Positions 49,711-59,423 of a stretch of 64,000 nucleotides of DNA are shown piece after piece. The notes under the pieces were generated by a model that saw only the letters and a program-made list of their open reading frames with translations, made no database searches and had not been told where the DNA came from. Position numbers and translations under genes: made by a program. The first letter of the stretch is position 1, and each line of letters begins with the position of its first letter. The DNA is from Polyangiales bacterium (GTDB taxonomy: Bacteria > Myxococcota_A > Polyangia > Polyangiales > Houyiibacteriaceae): contig JBGCFM010000092.1 of the NCBI GenBank assembly GCA_045106895.1, forward strand, positions 32,125 to 96,124, given 5' to 3'.

Positions 49711-49998
49711 ATGGGCAAGGCAGACCTGGTCAGGCGAGAAATCGAGCGCCTCAAAGGACTCATCGTCGACCTCGACCGCGATTGGTCAAGGCTTCGCTGG
49801 GCCGGCCTGGCGATGCCTCTGACGTTTGTCGTCGCCTTCGTCTTCAGTATCCAGGCGTCGGTGTTCTACTTCCTTTGCGCCGGTGGGTTCTGGGCAACGG
49901 CCTACTACCTCATCGCTGTTCGCAAACGAGAGTACCGTGGGGAGATCGCTGAGCTTGAGGTGAACCTCATGCAGCTCGGCGGCGCCCCCCAAAAGTAA
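49711..49998 (+). CDS. Small two-TM membrane protein, hypothetical
   Basis: Coiled coil, two hydrophobic helices, coiled coil. Confidence 0.6.
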   Translation: MGKADLVRREIERLKGLIVDLDRDWSRLRWAGLAMPLTFVVAFVFSIQASVFYFLCAGGFWATAYYLIAVRKREYRGEIAELEVNLMQLGGAPQK

Positions 49999-50095
49999 GT
50001 CTGCCCCGCCGGTACCGCTCGGAGGAGCCGCACCGCGGAGCCGCACCGCTCGGAGTCGCTCAAGAGAGCCGCGCAGTGCTGCTTGAGAGGTCTCG

Positions 50096-52114
50096 TTACT
50101 CCATCGGGATGCAGTTATACGAGAACTCGAACGAGTAGAGCGTCGGGGACTCGGTACGATCCGAAGTGGCAAAGAGGCGCGCTTCGATGTTGGTGAACGG
50201 CCGGAAGTTACCAGGCCCTGCTTCGAAGAGGTCACCCACATCGACGGAGTCGATGTCGCCGAAGGCCGGAACCGTCACGACGACCGGGGTAGCGCCCGCA
50301 AGGCCGGCTTCGGTGTCCGCGGTACGGAACTCGAATCGGAAGGAGCTATCGGACGGTGTGTCGCCGCGCCAAGAGAACACGCCCCAGTCCGGACGATTGG
50401 GCGGGCTCGGGCAAGCATCCGTGCCGTCACTGAACACGTCCGTCGAGTTGTACGTACGTGTGTAACTCCCCGTCGGAGGAAGAAGCGGGACCGCTGGTGG
50501 GACCACGATTCGTACCGGCACGGTGTCGATGACAAAGGTCGAGTCGCCAACAACTTCGATATCGAAGTCGAAGATCTGCGGAACTGCGGTTCCAGCGACG
50601 ACGTCGTTTCGGAATTCGACGGTGAAGTCGACGTTCGTCCCGGGGAGGCACTGAACGAAGGTCTGGCCGACGATGGAAGCGCAGCTACCCGGGCCCCAGC
50701 CGTTGGCGGTGACGGAGGCGACGAAGTTTGTCTCGTCGAATCCGGTGGTTGGGTTGTCGACGGGGCGAACGCTCACGTCGATGCGTGAGTAGTCTGCCAG
50801 GTCAACGACAGCGTCCACGATGGCGGGACCAAGGCCCGTTCCGTTGCTGGAGATGGGAAAGACGTAGCGGGACCCCGAACTAGACGTGGAGCCGGTGGCG
50901 TCGGAAAGCGCGTCGACATCGGTTCGGCCGGCGTTGTAACCGCCAGAGTAGACGGTGATCACCTTCATGTTTCGCGCGTTGAGCGCTGCGACGGTCTGTC
51001 CCCAAGAAATGGGGTAGCCAGAGCCAAAGCTTGCGTAGTTGTAGCCGGAGGGACCGTTGTGGAAGGGCGCGTCCGTGATGAGGATAACGATGGGAATCGC
51101 CCCAGGACGGAAACATGGGTAACCCCAACGCTCGGCAGCACATCCGGTACGTCGCGGGAGGTACGGCCCAAGTCCGTTGCCCGTGGCCACGGCCCAGAGA
51201 GCCTGAGACTGAGACTCCGCCCAGTCTTGACCGTAGTGCAGCGGCAGCGAGTTGACGGCGGCCTGCGTGGCCGGGACCGACTCGCTGATGTCGAGGAGGT
51301 TACGGAAGACGATGTCTCCGGAAGCGGGCGAGCCGTAGTAGCTGTAGGGGTAGTCGTCCGCGTGCCCGACGCCGAACCATGCATCTGGAATGATGCAGCG
51401 AATCGAACCCACAACACCACCGGGGCAGCCAGGTGTGAACGTTCCGGAGCTGAGCGTGGCTCGGAGGTTTGCGATTTCACCGCCCATCGAACCCGTCGTG
51501 TCCATCAAGAAGTAGACGTCCGCGGAACGAACCTGCACCTCGATGTCGAGGGGATCGGGGATACCAGGGTCGCCCTGCGCGAGAGTGTGGCTGAAGCCGC
51601 CCAGCTCCGTGACGCCGTCTCGCGTCGGGTCCATTGGGTAGTCATCCGCGTCGTCTGGAATTCCGTCGCCATCGGTGTCGACGAGGGCGGGAGGACCATC
51701 GCGATCCCCCTCGATGACAAGACCACCGGCCGAGGGGTCGTACTCCAAGCCTTCGCTGTTCTCGGGCGTGAGTTCGTCGTTCGTCGGCGCGTCCGTGGAG
51801 ATGGCGCAGGACGGGTTGCACGGGTTGCATTCGGTGGGGCCCGTGATGAGTCCCATCACGTTTCCAATGTACTCCGAGCTCTGCATTTCACAGGCGGACC
51901 AACCGGCCGCGGTGCAATGCCGCACACCTCGCTGGCACATGACGTTTTCACCCTGAAACCGAGGCTCCGAGTAACATGTGACGGGTGCAGCCCCGAGGTC
52001 GCACAGATCGCCCTCCACCACCTCATCGAGAGCGGTATCCCCCACCGGCGCACAGGCCACCGTGAGTAAACAAGCCGCCAGAAGCACGCGAGGAAAGGTT
52101 GTTCGGAAGGGCAT
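50096..52114 (-). CDS. Cys-rich lipoprotein with a TSP3-like repeat and VWA (integrin-beta-I-like) domain
   Basis: TVAC lipobox; CNPCNPSC; DTDGDGIPDDAD; DVYFLMDTTGSM; DWAESQ; ILITDAPFH. Confidence 0.8.
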   Translation of the reverse strand: MPFRTTFPRVLLAACLLTVACAPVGDTALDEVVEGDLCDLGAAPVTCYSEPRFQGENVMCQRGVRHCTAAGWSACEMQSSEYIGNVMGLITGPTECNPCNPSCAISTDAPTNDELTPENSEGLEYDPSAGGLVIEGDRDGPPALVDTDGDGIPDDADDYPMDPTRDGVTELGGFSHTLAQGDPGIPDPLDIEVQVRSADVYFLMDTTGSMGGEIANLRATLSSGTFTPGCPGGVVGSIRCIIPDAWFGVGHADDYPYSYYGSPASGDIVFRNLLDISESVPATQAAVNSLPLHYGQDWAESQSQALWAVATGNGLGPYLPRRTGCAAERWGYPCFRPGAIPIVILITDAPFHNGPSGYNYASFGSGYPISWGQTVAALNARNMKVITVYSGGYNAGRTDVDALSDATGSTSSSGSRYVFPISSNGTGLGPAIVDAVVDLADYSRIDVSVRPVDNPTTGFDETNFVASVTANGWGPGSCASIVGQTFVQCLPGTNVDFTVEFRNDVVAGTAVPQIFDFDIEVVGDSTFVIDTVPVRIVVPPAVPLLPPTGSYTRTYNSTDVFSDGTDACPSPPNRPDWGVFSWRGDTPSDSSFRFEFRTADTEAGLAGATPVVVTVPAFGDIDSVDVGDLFEAGPGNFRPFTNIEARLFATSDRTESPTLYSFEFSYNCIPME

Positions 52115-52232
52115 CTTGGGATCCTGTGCAGATATCGGACCAGGTTTTAAGGGCGAGAACTCAGGGCTTTTCACGCTTAACAGTCCCCACAATTGGCACA
52201 CACCATGAATTCTTTGCGGGTCCGCACAAAAG

Positions 52233-53486
52233 TCATGGGCAGCTCACCCGAACGCTGCGCAGCTCGGTGATGCCCCACGAGAGCAACATGGTCCGGTCTA
52301 CCGTGGCCATCTGGAGAATACCGACGGTGCCCTCGAGGGCTGGCCCGTCCAGGGTGCCTAAGAGGTTGCCGTTCGCGTCGACCGCGCTGAGCCGAACGAC
52401 GCGATCCGCTTCGCTACGAGCCGTGAACCCGACGACGAAACCGTCCTCGAATGTGGTGATTCCAGGTGCCCCGCCCTCATCGCCGGCGACGTTGACCTGG
52501 CGGGCCTCTCCCGAAGCCGTACCGTCCAGCCCGAGCGGGAGCACATTCACGACGCTCGCGGAGCCACCTCCAACGTTGTAAGCGATGGCGCCTGTTTCGT
52601 TCGTTGCGAAAGCGAGCGTTCCCACTCCGCCTGTGGTGCTCAACTCCATAGGAGCGCCGGCGCTTCCGTCTTCATTCACGAAGATGCCAAGGGCGTTGCG
52701 GCTGGTGCCACTTCCCTCGCCCCAAACGACGAGGGCGCCATCCCCGAGCCCATGTGCGACGGGCCGGTCGACCATATTGCTCGTGTCCGTTAACTCGAGC
52801 ACCGACCCGACGGGGGCGCCGGCGGCATCCAGACGAGTCGCGCGCAGCAAGCGGGTCAGGGCGCGATCGTCGTCTTCCACCCAGAGCGCGAGGGCTCCGG
52901 AGCCGAGCGTGGCCAATTCCGGGGCGTCGTCACGCAGCATATTGTCGCTCAGCATAACGGGCTCTGAGGTGGGCGTGCCGTCGGCGCCGAGTACGCGTGT
53001 GCGAATCTCGAAGCCCCCGGATTCGTTGTCGTACCAAGCCACGATGAAGCCGTCTCCAAAGGCCGCGATGGTCGGAGAGCGCGTAATATTGTTGTCGTCG
53101 GTCAGGAGCACCGGCTCACCGATGGCGCCGCTGGTCGGCACGAAACGAAAGTAGATGTTCTCAGGGCCCTCTGGCGAAGCGGCGTAGATCACGCCAAACC
53201 CAGTGGGGCCGGCGGCCACTTGAACGCCGCTTGAACGCTGCGCCCCCGACAAAGAGAGCTCGTCGGCGTCCCCAAACGTGCAGCCCATGAGCGGCGACGG
53301 AATTCCTGTATCGGGCGGGGTGACGACATCATCGGAGGTGTCCGTACCGGCGTCGGAAACGTCGTTCGCGTCGCGCATGACCGTCGTGTCCATCGATGCG
53401 TCGAGGGTTCCGGGTGGCGGAGACGAATCATCCCCACATCCGAGAGCAAGTTGACAGAGGACGAGAACAAAAGTCGTTAAGCGCAC
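52233..53486 (-). CDS. Lipoprotein with repeated beta-blade domain; paralog of 40031-41341
   Basis: ALGC-GDDSSPPPGT; repeated P.IA..GDGFIVAW-type blades. Confidence 0.7.
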   Translation of the reverse strand: MRLTTFVLVLCQLALGCGDDSSPPPGTLDASMDTTVMRDANDVSDAGTDTSDDVVTPPDTGIPSPLMGCTFGDADELSLSGAQRSSGVQVAAGPTGFGVIYAASPEGPENIYFRFVPTSGAIGEPVLLTDDNNITRSPTIAAFGDGFIVAWYDNESGGFEIRTRVLGADGTPTSEPVMLSDNMLRDDAPELATLGSGALALWVEDDDRALTRLLRATRLDAAGAPVGSVLELTDTSNMVDRPVAHGLGDGALVVWGEGSGTSRNALGIFVNEDGSAGAPMELSTTGGVGTLAFATNETGAIAYNVGGGSASVVNVLPLGLDGTASGEARQVNVAGDEGGAPGITTFEDGFVVGFTARSEADRVVRLSAVDANGNLLGTLDGPALEGTVGILQMATVDRTMLLSWGITELRSVRVSCP

Positions 53487-53668
53487 AGTACATCCTAAAC
53501 GCCCAGGCGCGTAAATCTACTGGATCCGTGCGAAAACCCCGATGCCTGCCAAAAACTCCGGCCGAAATGTCGCTCGCGGCCTTGGACGTTCCGAAGCCAC
53601 GAGACGATTGCCTCTCCCCAGGCTGCGGCAAATTTCGTCAATATCGGGCAACAACGTAGCTTCCGGGG

Positions 53669-55264
53669 GTGCGATTCCTCGCTGCACTTGCCTTTGGGGC
53701 CCTTCTCGCGTTTCCGGCGCCCTCTTCAGCGTGGACCGAGGCGGAGATCGAGACGCTTCGGGCGGAGTTGCACGTTCGTGAGGACGCGAGCGTTCGAGTC
53801 GAAATGACGCTCCAGCTCCACGTACATGGTGGATGGCTGGAACGCCTCGAGGTCGCTGGGCTCGATGAAGGCTTCGTCCTCGATGAGGAGAGCGTACGTT
53901 TCCGCGGGGAAGGTCAGCCGCGCCACCCGCGCGTGGTTCGGCGCGACGATGGGCGGCTGCAGTTCAACTTCGCACGCCGAGACGCCCCTCGCCGTGGGCA
54001 TTATGAAATCCGCTTCAACTACCAAACCAACCTGAGCGCCACGGCACGCCCAGAAGGGGAACGCACGCGTTATGACTGGACGCTCCCTGGATGGCGAACG
54101 GGGCTGGATGGGGTGGAAATCGTCGTCGTGGGCCCGAACTCTCTGCAATTCGCCGAGAGCGAAGATGTGCTGGCGACCATCGCGAAGGAGCGCTCCCAGG
54201 AGGGAGAGGTGACGACGCTCTCTTGGAAACGTGCCCACCTCCCACGCACCGTTCCTTGGACCCTCGGGTTCACCTTCGGCGGCCCCTCCGCTGCGCCTGC
54301 GGCGCTCGTCGACGCACCCGAGGAGACGGCGGAAGCCGGCCCGTCAGAATCCGAGGAGCCTCCGCCGCTCCTGTGGTTGTCGATCTTAGCGCTCATCGGA
54401 CTTCTTTCCTTTCGCGGTCGAGCGACCCGCCATGGAGTGACGCCGCGACCTCTTGTTCCGCTGGCCGCGGCGATTCGCATCGCCTTGCTCATTCTCGCTG
54501 GCGCCCTCTCCTTCGCCGACACCAGCTCTGTTCCGCTCTTTACGCCCATCGCGTGTTTTGCGGTGATGCTCCTCAGCTTTGAACGTACGCCGGCGGCAGC
54601 AGCGGCCCCGCGACTGGGCACCTGGAGAGCGCTCGGGAGCGCAGAGCGTTTGCCGATCCTTCATCGACCTTGGGATGCCTTCTTTGACGGCACCTCACTC
54701 GTCGGCGTCCTTAGCCTCTTCGCCGTGATGGGGAGCGCTTGGGTCATGGGTTTCCGCAGCATCTGGATGCTCACGCTCGTGACGCCGTGGCTGACGGGAA
54801 CACGACGGCAGCTGCCCCTCGACCTCGGCGCCAAACGCCGCCGACTCCTTCAAGCTGCGGCGAGCGCGCCGGCAGGTGCCTATGCGCTTGGGCTCGCGAT
54901 CCATGAGTGCGCAGACGGACACGCTCAAGATGTGCGGCTGCGAGTCGCGACAAAGCACCGATGCAATGGACTCGTTCGCTTCGATATCGTGAGCGCCGAG
55001 CGTCAGGGACCCGGCGGCCTCTACGCCGTCGAACGCGTCCTCGTCGTCGCCCGAGAAGGTAGTCCAGCTCACGCCCTCGCGGCGTCTCACTTCGCCCCCG
55101 ACGCCGGCCACGCAACGCCCGGCGGACGGACCGTTTGGGCTGCACCGCTCGACGAAGTCCGCGCCCTCGCTTCGCTCCTCGGCGCCGCACCGAAGCGCCG
55201 GAAGCGACGCCAAAGCCGGCGCCCGCGTCCCGCCGCTCCGCAGAGCGTTTCGGCCTCGTCCTAG
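53669..55264 (+). CDS. Membrane protein with exported N-terminal beta domain (DUF2207-like)
   Basis: Signal peptide, periplasmic beta-rich domain, several TM helices. Confidence 0.6.
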   Translation: MRFLAALAFGALLAFPAPSSAWTEAEIETLRAELHVREDASVRVEMTLQLHVHGGWLERLEVAGLDEGFVLDEESVRFRGEGQPRHPRVVRRDDGRLQFNFARRDAPRRGHYEIRFNYQTNLSATARPEGERTRYDWTLPGWRTGLDGVEIVVVGPNSLQFAESEDVLATIAKERSQEGEVTTLSWKRAHLPRTVPWTLGFTFGGPSAAPAALVDAPEETAEAGPSESEEPPPLLWLSILALIGLLSFRGRATRHGVTPRPLVPLAAAIRIALLILAGALSFADTSSVPLFTPIACFAVMLLSFERTPAAAAAPRLGTWRALGSAERLPILHRPWDAFFDGTSLVGVLSLFAVMGSAWVMGFRSIWMLTLVTPWLTGTRRQLPLDLGAKRRRLLQAAASAPAGAYALGLAIHECADGHAQDVRLRVATKHRCNGLVRFDIVSAERQGPGGLYAVERVLVVAREGSPAHALAASHFAPDAGHATPGGRTVWAAPLDEVRALASLLGAAPKRRKRRQSRRPRPAAPQSVSASS

Positions 55265-56916
55265 TGTTCTGAGTCCGTGAGCTGGTTGATGAGCCGGCGA
55301 AGCAGCTGGCGCGTTGGCCGGTGCTCGCTATGCGCGAGACGCTCCTGCACCGCCGGCACCGCGTCTTCCCCGAAGGCAAGCAACAAGAGCTCCGCCGCGT
55401 TCTCCTCGCCCTGCACATGTGCCTGAATCAAGTCTCGCTCCATGCGCGGGTCACCCATGGTCTCGGGCCACCGAGAGTACGCCAGCTCGTATCGCTCCAC
55501 CGCCTGGGGCCACGAAGCTCGGTCTGCGAGGTCATGGGCGAGGAGGAGAGTTGGACGCGGATCTTCTGGGTGGAGACGCTGGTAAAGACGTGTCTCTCGA
55601 TGTGCGCTTCGGTTGAGCTCTTCGCTCTCCGCGAGACTTCCGGCCAGTTCAACGAGCGCCTCTGGCATTGGAAGCGAGAAAGGATCCGCGCCGTCGAGGA
55701 GAGCAGGCTCTTGGAGCGGCGCTTCTTCCACAGGCTCGGCTTCCGGTTCCGTGTACGCGCTCGCTTCGGGAGTCTGAAGGCTGGGCGCCGGCGCTTGCTC
55801 GGAACCCATGAGCCCCCACGCGGCGCCGACGAGGACGCCGCCGAGAACCAGTGCGACGAGCGGATAGAGCCATGGCGGCCGAGCTCCCGTCTTGGTGGGG
55901 CGATTCACGAGCGTCTGGCGCACGACCGAACGTGTCGCGTCGCCGTCGCTCGTCTCTTCGATCCACGCGGCCTTCGGCGGCAAGGCTTCAAGGGCAGCGA
56001 GGAGCTCGCGCCCATCCTTGTAGCGATGAGATGCTTCCTTCGCGAGGGCGCGAAGAAGAAGAGCTCTCAGCTCGGGCGTGGTCTCGAGGCCGGGCCGGAA
56101 GAGTGAAGGGTCCGGGACATCGTCGATCATGTGTTGGCGAAGGAGCTCGGTCCGGCGGTCTGCAGCGAATGGAGGGCGCCCCGCGAGAATCTCAAAGAGG
56201 ACCACGCCCGCCGAATAGACGTCCGCGGCGGTTCCCACGGTCGAGCCGGATGCTTGCTCCGGCGCCATGTATGCCGGGGTCCCGAGGATGCTGCCTGCGC
56301 GCGTGAGTGTCGGCTCGCCGTCCTCGGGTTCGGACTCCGCATCGAAGAGTTTGGCCAAACCAAAGTCGAGGAGCTTCGGGTGTTCTTCGCCGTCGGCGAG
56401 GCGCTGGAGATAAATATTCGCTGGCTTGAGATCACGATGAAGTACGCCCTTGTCGTGGGCGAAGGCGAGTCCGCGCAGGACTTCCTTCATGATCTGGATT
56501 CCTTCAATCGGCGTGCACTCCGCGTCGGCAAGGCAAACCTCCAAGCCTCGACCTTCCAGTCTCTCCATCACGAGATAAGGAGCACCTTCATGCATCCCGT
56601 AGTCCGTGAGACCGACGATATTCGGGTGCGAGAGCTCGCTCAGGACACGCGCTTCTCGCTCAAACCGGCGTTTCACGAGCGACGAGGTGTCGAAACCGCC
56701 GCGCAGGAGCTTCAGCGCGACTAGATGTTGGAGGCGGAGATGCCGTGCCTCATACACCACGCCAACTCCGCCCACACCGAGGACACGCTCAATGCGGTAG
56801 CGCGACTCGATGACCGTTCCGAGGAGCGGGTCGTCGTGCTCTTGAGCCGAAAGCGCTTTTCGAACGCGACTCGGCGGTCCCTCGCTCTCATCGGGTTTGG
56901 AGTTCGGCGCCGACAC
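55261..56916 (-). CDS. Transmembrane eukaryotic-like Ser/Thr protein kinase
   Basis: LGVGGVGVV, ALK, HRDLKPAN, DFG, GTPAYMAPEQ; single TM. Confidence 0.95.
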   Translation of the reverse strand: MSAPNSKPDESEGPPSRVRKALSAQEHDDPLLGTVIESRYRIERVLGVGGVGVVYEARHLRLQHLVALKLLRGGFDTSSLVKRRFEREARVLSELSHPNIVGLTDYGMHEGAPYLVMERLEGRGLEVCLADAECTPIEGIQIMKEVLRGLAFAHDKGVLHRDLKPANIYLQRLADGEEHPKLLDFGLAKLFDAESEPEDGEPTLTRAGSILGTPAYMAPEQASGSTVGTAADVYSAGVVLFEILAGRPPFAADRRTELLRQHMIDDVPDPSLFRPGLETTPELRALLLRALAKEASHRYKDGRELLAALEALPPKAAWIEETSDGDATRSVVRQTLVNRPTKTGARPPWLYPLVALVLGGVLVGAAWGLMGSEQAPAPSLQTPEASAYTEPEAEPVEEAPLQEPALLDGADPFSLPMPEALVELAGSLAESEELNRSAHRETRLYQRLHPEDPRPTLLLAHDLADRASWPQAVERYELAYSRWPETMGDPRMERDLIQAHVQGEENAAELLLLAFGEDAVPAVQERLAHSEHRPTRQLLRRLINQLTDSEH

Positions 56917-57052
56917 CGGATTAAACTACCACGCCCCGTATGGGTGAGCACGGCTCAACGGCGCAGGGCGGATGATACATTCGGGGCGAAGTGGTGCGAA
57001 GATCGCGGCCAAGGGCCACGCTCAACCGGTCAGAACTTCTGAGATGGAGGTG

Positions 57053-57517
57053 CTAGTCGCAGCGAACGGTGGCTTCGCCCTGAGCGGCGCCGATGGCTCG
57101 CACCGGTGGGTCGAGGGGGTCGTCTGGCTGCTGCTCGGCTTGGTACTGAACCGAGACCTCGACGACGCTCTGCCCACATACTCTGTCGCGGGTGCTGGGG
57201 AAGGCGCTGAGTGGAACCGAACCCTGGGTCGTCACCTGCGTCGACTCGCCTGGCTCAAGTCGGCCGGAGAACCCTTCGGGGCGCTCGAGGCTCACTTCTG
57301 CGACGGGCACTCCGTCGACGACAATGCTGGCCTGAGGGAGGATAAAGTCGTCGCCAGCCAGCGCATACGTACCGACTCGCACGTCGCAGACCACCTCGAT
57401 CTCGACGACGTCGCCTCGTACACCTGCGGTCGCGCTCGCCACCTCAACGGCCAAGGAGAGCTCTGTGTCGCAGGCACACAAGAGAAGCAGGAAGAGTGCC
57501 GGAGCCGCTCGCCGCAT
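57053..57517 (-). CDS. Small lipoprotein, hypothetical
   Basis: LLCAC lipobox; ATG immediately follows the upstream TAG. Confidence 0.7.
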   Translation of the reverse strand: MRRAAPALFLLLLCACDTELSLAVEVASATAGVRGDVVEIEVVCDVRVGTYALAGDDFILPQASIVVDGVPVAEVSLERPEGFSGRLEPGESTQVTTQGSVPLSAFPSTRDRVCGQSVVEVSVQYQAEQQPDDPLDPPVRAIGAAQGEATVRCD

Positions 57518-58081
57518 CTACTTACGGGCGCGGGCGTTTAGATTCTTCGCGATGCGAGCGACGTCCTTGAGTTCACGATGAACGTCATCTTCGTCGATCT
57601 CGATGATCTCAACGAGCGCCTCGTGGACGGCGTCGTAGAGCCAAGTACCGGCGTCAACATCCCGGACGCACTCCTCGGCGGAGTGCCCTTCGAAGTTCAG
57701 CTTGTTCAGCTTGTCGGCGGAATCGACGAGGACGCTCATGCCTTCGCCAAGGAACTCACGCGCAACCTTGAGCTGTTCCTCAAGGGGCTCGAGCAGCTCG
57801 GGCTCCGCCTCCATATGTACAGCCATGGCTTCCGGCGATGTTTCCGTCGCCTTCTCAAGAGCTAGGCGGCACAGAAGCACAGAACCAACGTGTTGCAGGC
57901 TTCCGCGGACGCCGGGCACCGCCGCTCCACGTGAGAGAACGTGAATCAACGCTCCCGCAAGCTGGATACGGCTATCTTCGGAGACCTCTGGGTCTTCGAC
58001 GATGCGTAGCAGGGACTTTAGATCGGAGGGAAGTGCATTGACTGCATCTTCCATCAACTCGGCAAACCGGTCGCGGGACAT
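57518..58081 (-). CDS. Hypothetical helical cytoplasmic protein
   Basis: AAGGA SD, upstream TAGGCT -10, 187-aa ORF. Confidence 0.7.
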   Translation of the reverse strand: MSRDRFAELMEDAVNALPSDLKSLLRIVEDPEVSEDSRIQLAGALIHVLSRGAAVPGVRGSLQHVGSVLLCRLALEKATETSPEAMAVHMEAEPELLEPLEEQLKVAREFLGEGMSVLVDSADKLNKLNFEGHSAEECVRDVDAGTWLYDAVHEALVEIIEIDEDDVHRELKDVARIAKNLNARARK

Positions 58082-58229
58082 GTTCCTTTTCGTTTCGTAG
58101 CCTACAGGGCGAAGCGGCGCGCAGAGACGTGGGCCTTCGCCATTCGTGGAAACGCGACAATACTCTTTGTCGCGCTTCTTTCAAATGCTCTCGTCCAATA
58201 TTCGCCGTTGCGAGGACCCGAGAGGCGTT

Positions 58230-59327
58230 TCACGGGGGCATTCCGTCAGGCGTTTGCGGCAGATTTGTCCGCTGAGCGTTCCGTGGGGGGCGAATCACTC
58301 GGCCAAAACGCATGCTTCCGAGGGCTTCAAGAAGCACCGTCCGCGCCTCGTTCTCCTCGGCACCGATGGAAAGAAGCACCTCCGCGCGACGGTCAGAGCT
58401 TCGAACGGTCGCGATTCCGCGGGCTTCGGCCTCGATAAAATCGCCACCGGACGCACTGAAGCGACGCGCGGCGCCAAGGGCTGGTCCGCGGTGAACTGTC
58501 TCTGGGGGGTGCTCGTAGGTCTCTCCCGGGAAGTATCCGAAGATCCGTACATGCTCGGCGCCGTCCGTTGGACGAAGCTGCCACGAGAAGTCGTACTGAC
58601 CTTCCTGCCGCCCCGTGTAGACCAGGACGTGTTCTTCGGGAATCGTGATCGTCGCGTTGTGACCCCGCACGGAGAGCGGAATCGTGGCGACGCGATCCTC
58701 GGGCATCGGCGGCGCGTGAAGCGTCTGGGCGGCTGCGCGAATCACCGTCGACATGGTGTCGACACAGCTGTCGCGGTCAGCGCCTGCTTCGACATGAAAG
58801 TAGGTTCCGACGCCACTCTCTTTGATGAGAAATCCGTCACGCTCGTAATAACCAATGGACGCGCCGCTCGGATGCTCGAAGGGCTCCGCGTTCATCTCCG
58901 GCTGCGTAAGCTCTTCGCGCATCGTCAGGTAGATGTCGCACTCGCCTACGATGAGGTGAGCGGTGCCGCTCGCCCCAACCCACGCGTTTCCGAGAACGTG
59001 AGTTCCGAGCGCGCAGGAACCGCTCTGCACGCGAGATGGCTCTTCTTCGCCCTCCGCCGGGTCCACCTCGTTTTCGATGACGACGCTCTCGGGGAGGTTG
59101 AGGACAAAACGATCGCAGCCGAGCGTAACCTCGGACGCGAGCGCGACGGTCTCCATGGACGGCGGTGGCTCTTCCGGCTCCTCCGGAGGCGCCTCGACGA
59201 CGGGCTGTGGCTCGAGCTCGGGCTGTGGCTCGGGCGCAACGGGCGGCGGCTCAGGGGCCGGCGCCACAGGAGCAATCGGCGCCGCGCCGCACGCGCCAAT
59301 GAGTAGGATGGCTAGCGGTCGAAACAT
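58230..59327 (-). CDS. Lipoprotein with Pro/Glu-rich linker, hypothetical
   Basis: LIGAC lipobox, PEPQPE repeats. Confidence 0.65.
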   Translation of the reverse strand: MFRPLAILLIGACGAAPIAPVAPAPEPPPVAPEPQPELEPQPVVEAPPEEPEEPPPSMETVALASEVTLGCDRFVLNLPESVVIENEVDPAEGEEEPSRVQSGSCALGTHVLGNAWVGASGTAHLIVGECDIYLTMREELTQPEMNAEPFEHPSGASIGYYERDGFLIKESGVGTYFHVEAGADRDSCVDTMSTVIRAAAQTLHAPPMPEDRVATIPLSVRGHNATITIPEEHVLVYTGRQEGQYDFSWQLRPTDGAEHVRIFGYFPGETYEHPPETVHRGPALGAARRFSASGGDFIEAEARGIATVRSSDRRAEVLLSIGAEENEARTVLLEALGSMRFGRVIRPPRNAQRTNLPQTPDGMPP

Positions 59328-59369
59328 GCGCCCGGTAGAGCACATTTTGCGGGGCTGCGCGAGCGAACT

Positions 59370-59402
59370 AAAAACGCCGAACCCCGCGTAGGGCTCGGCG
59401 TC
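59370..59402 (-). terminator. Intrinsic terminator after ftsZ
   Basis: Minus strand GACGCCGAGCCCT..GGGGTTCGGCGTT-TTT. Confidence 0.8.
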
Positions 59403-59423
59403 TTGTCGTGAAACGAATCAGGC

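Noticed and set aside
50010..50060. Short direct repeats (GGAGCCGCACCGC x2, ACCGCTCGGAG x2) as a possible CRISPR remnant
   Set aside because: Too short, no unique spacers and no cas genes; likely slippage.
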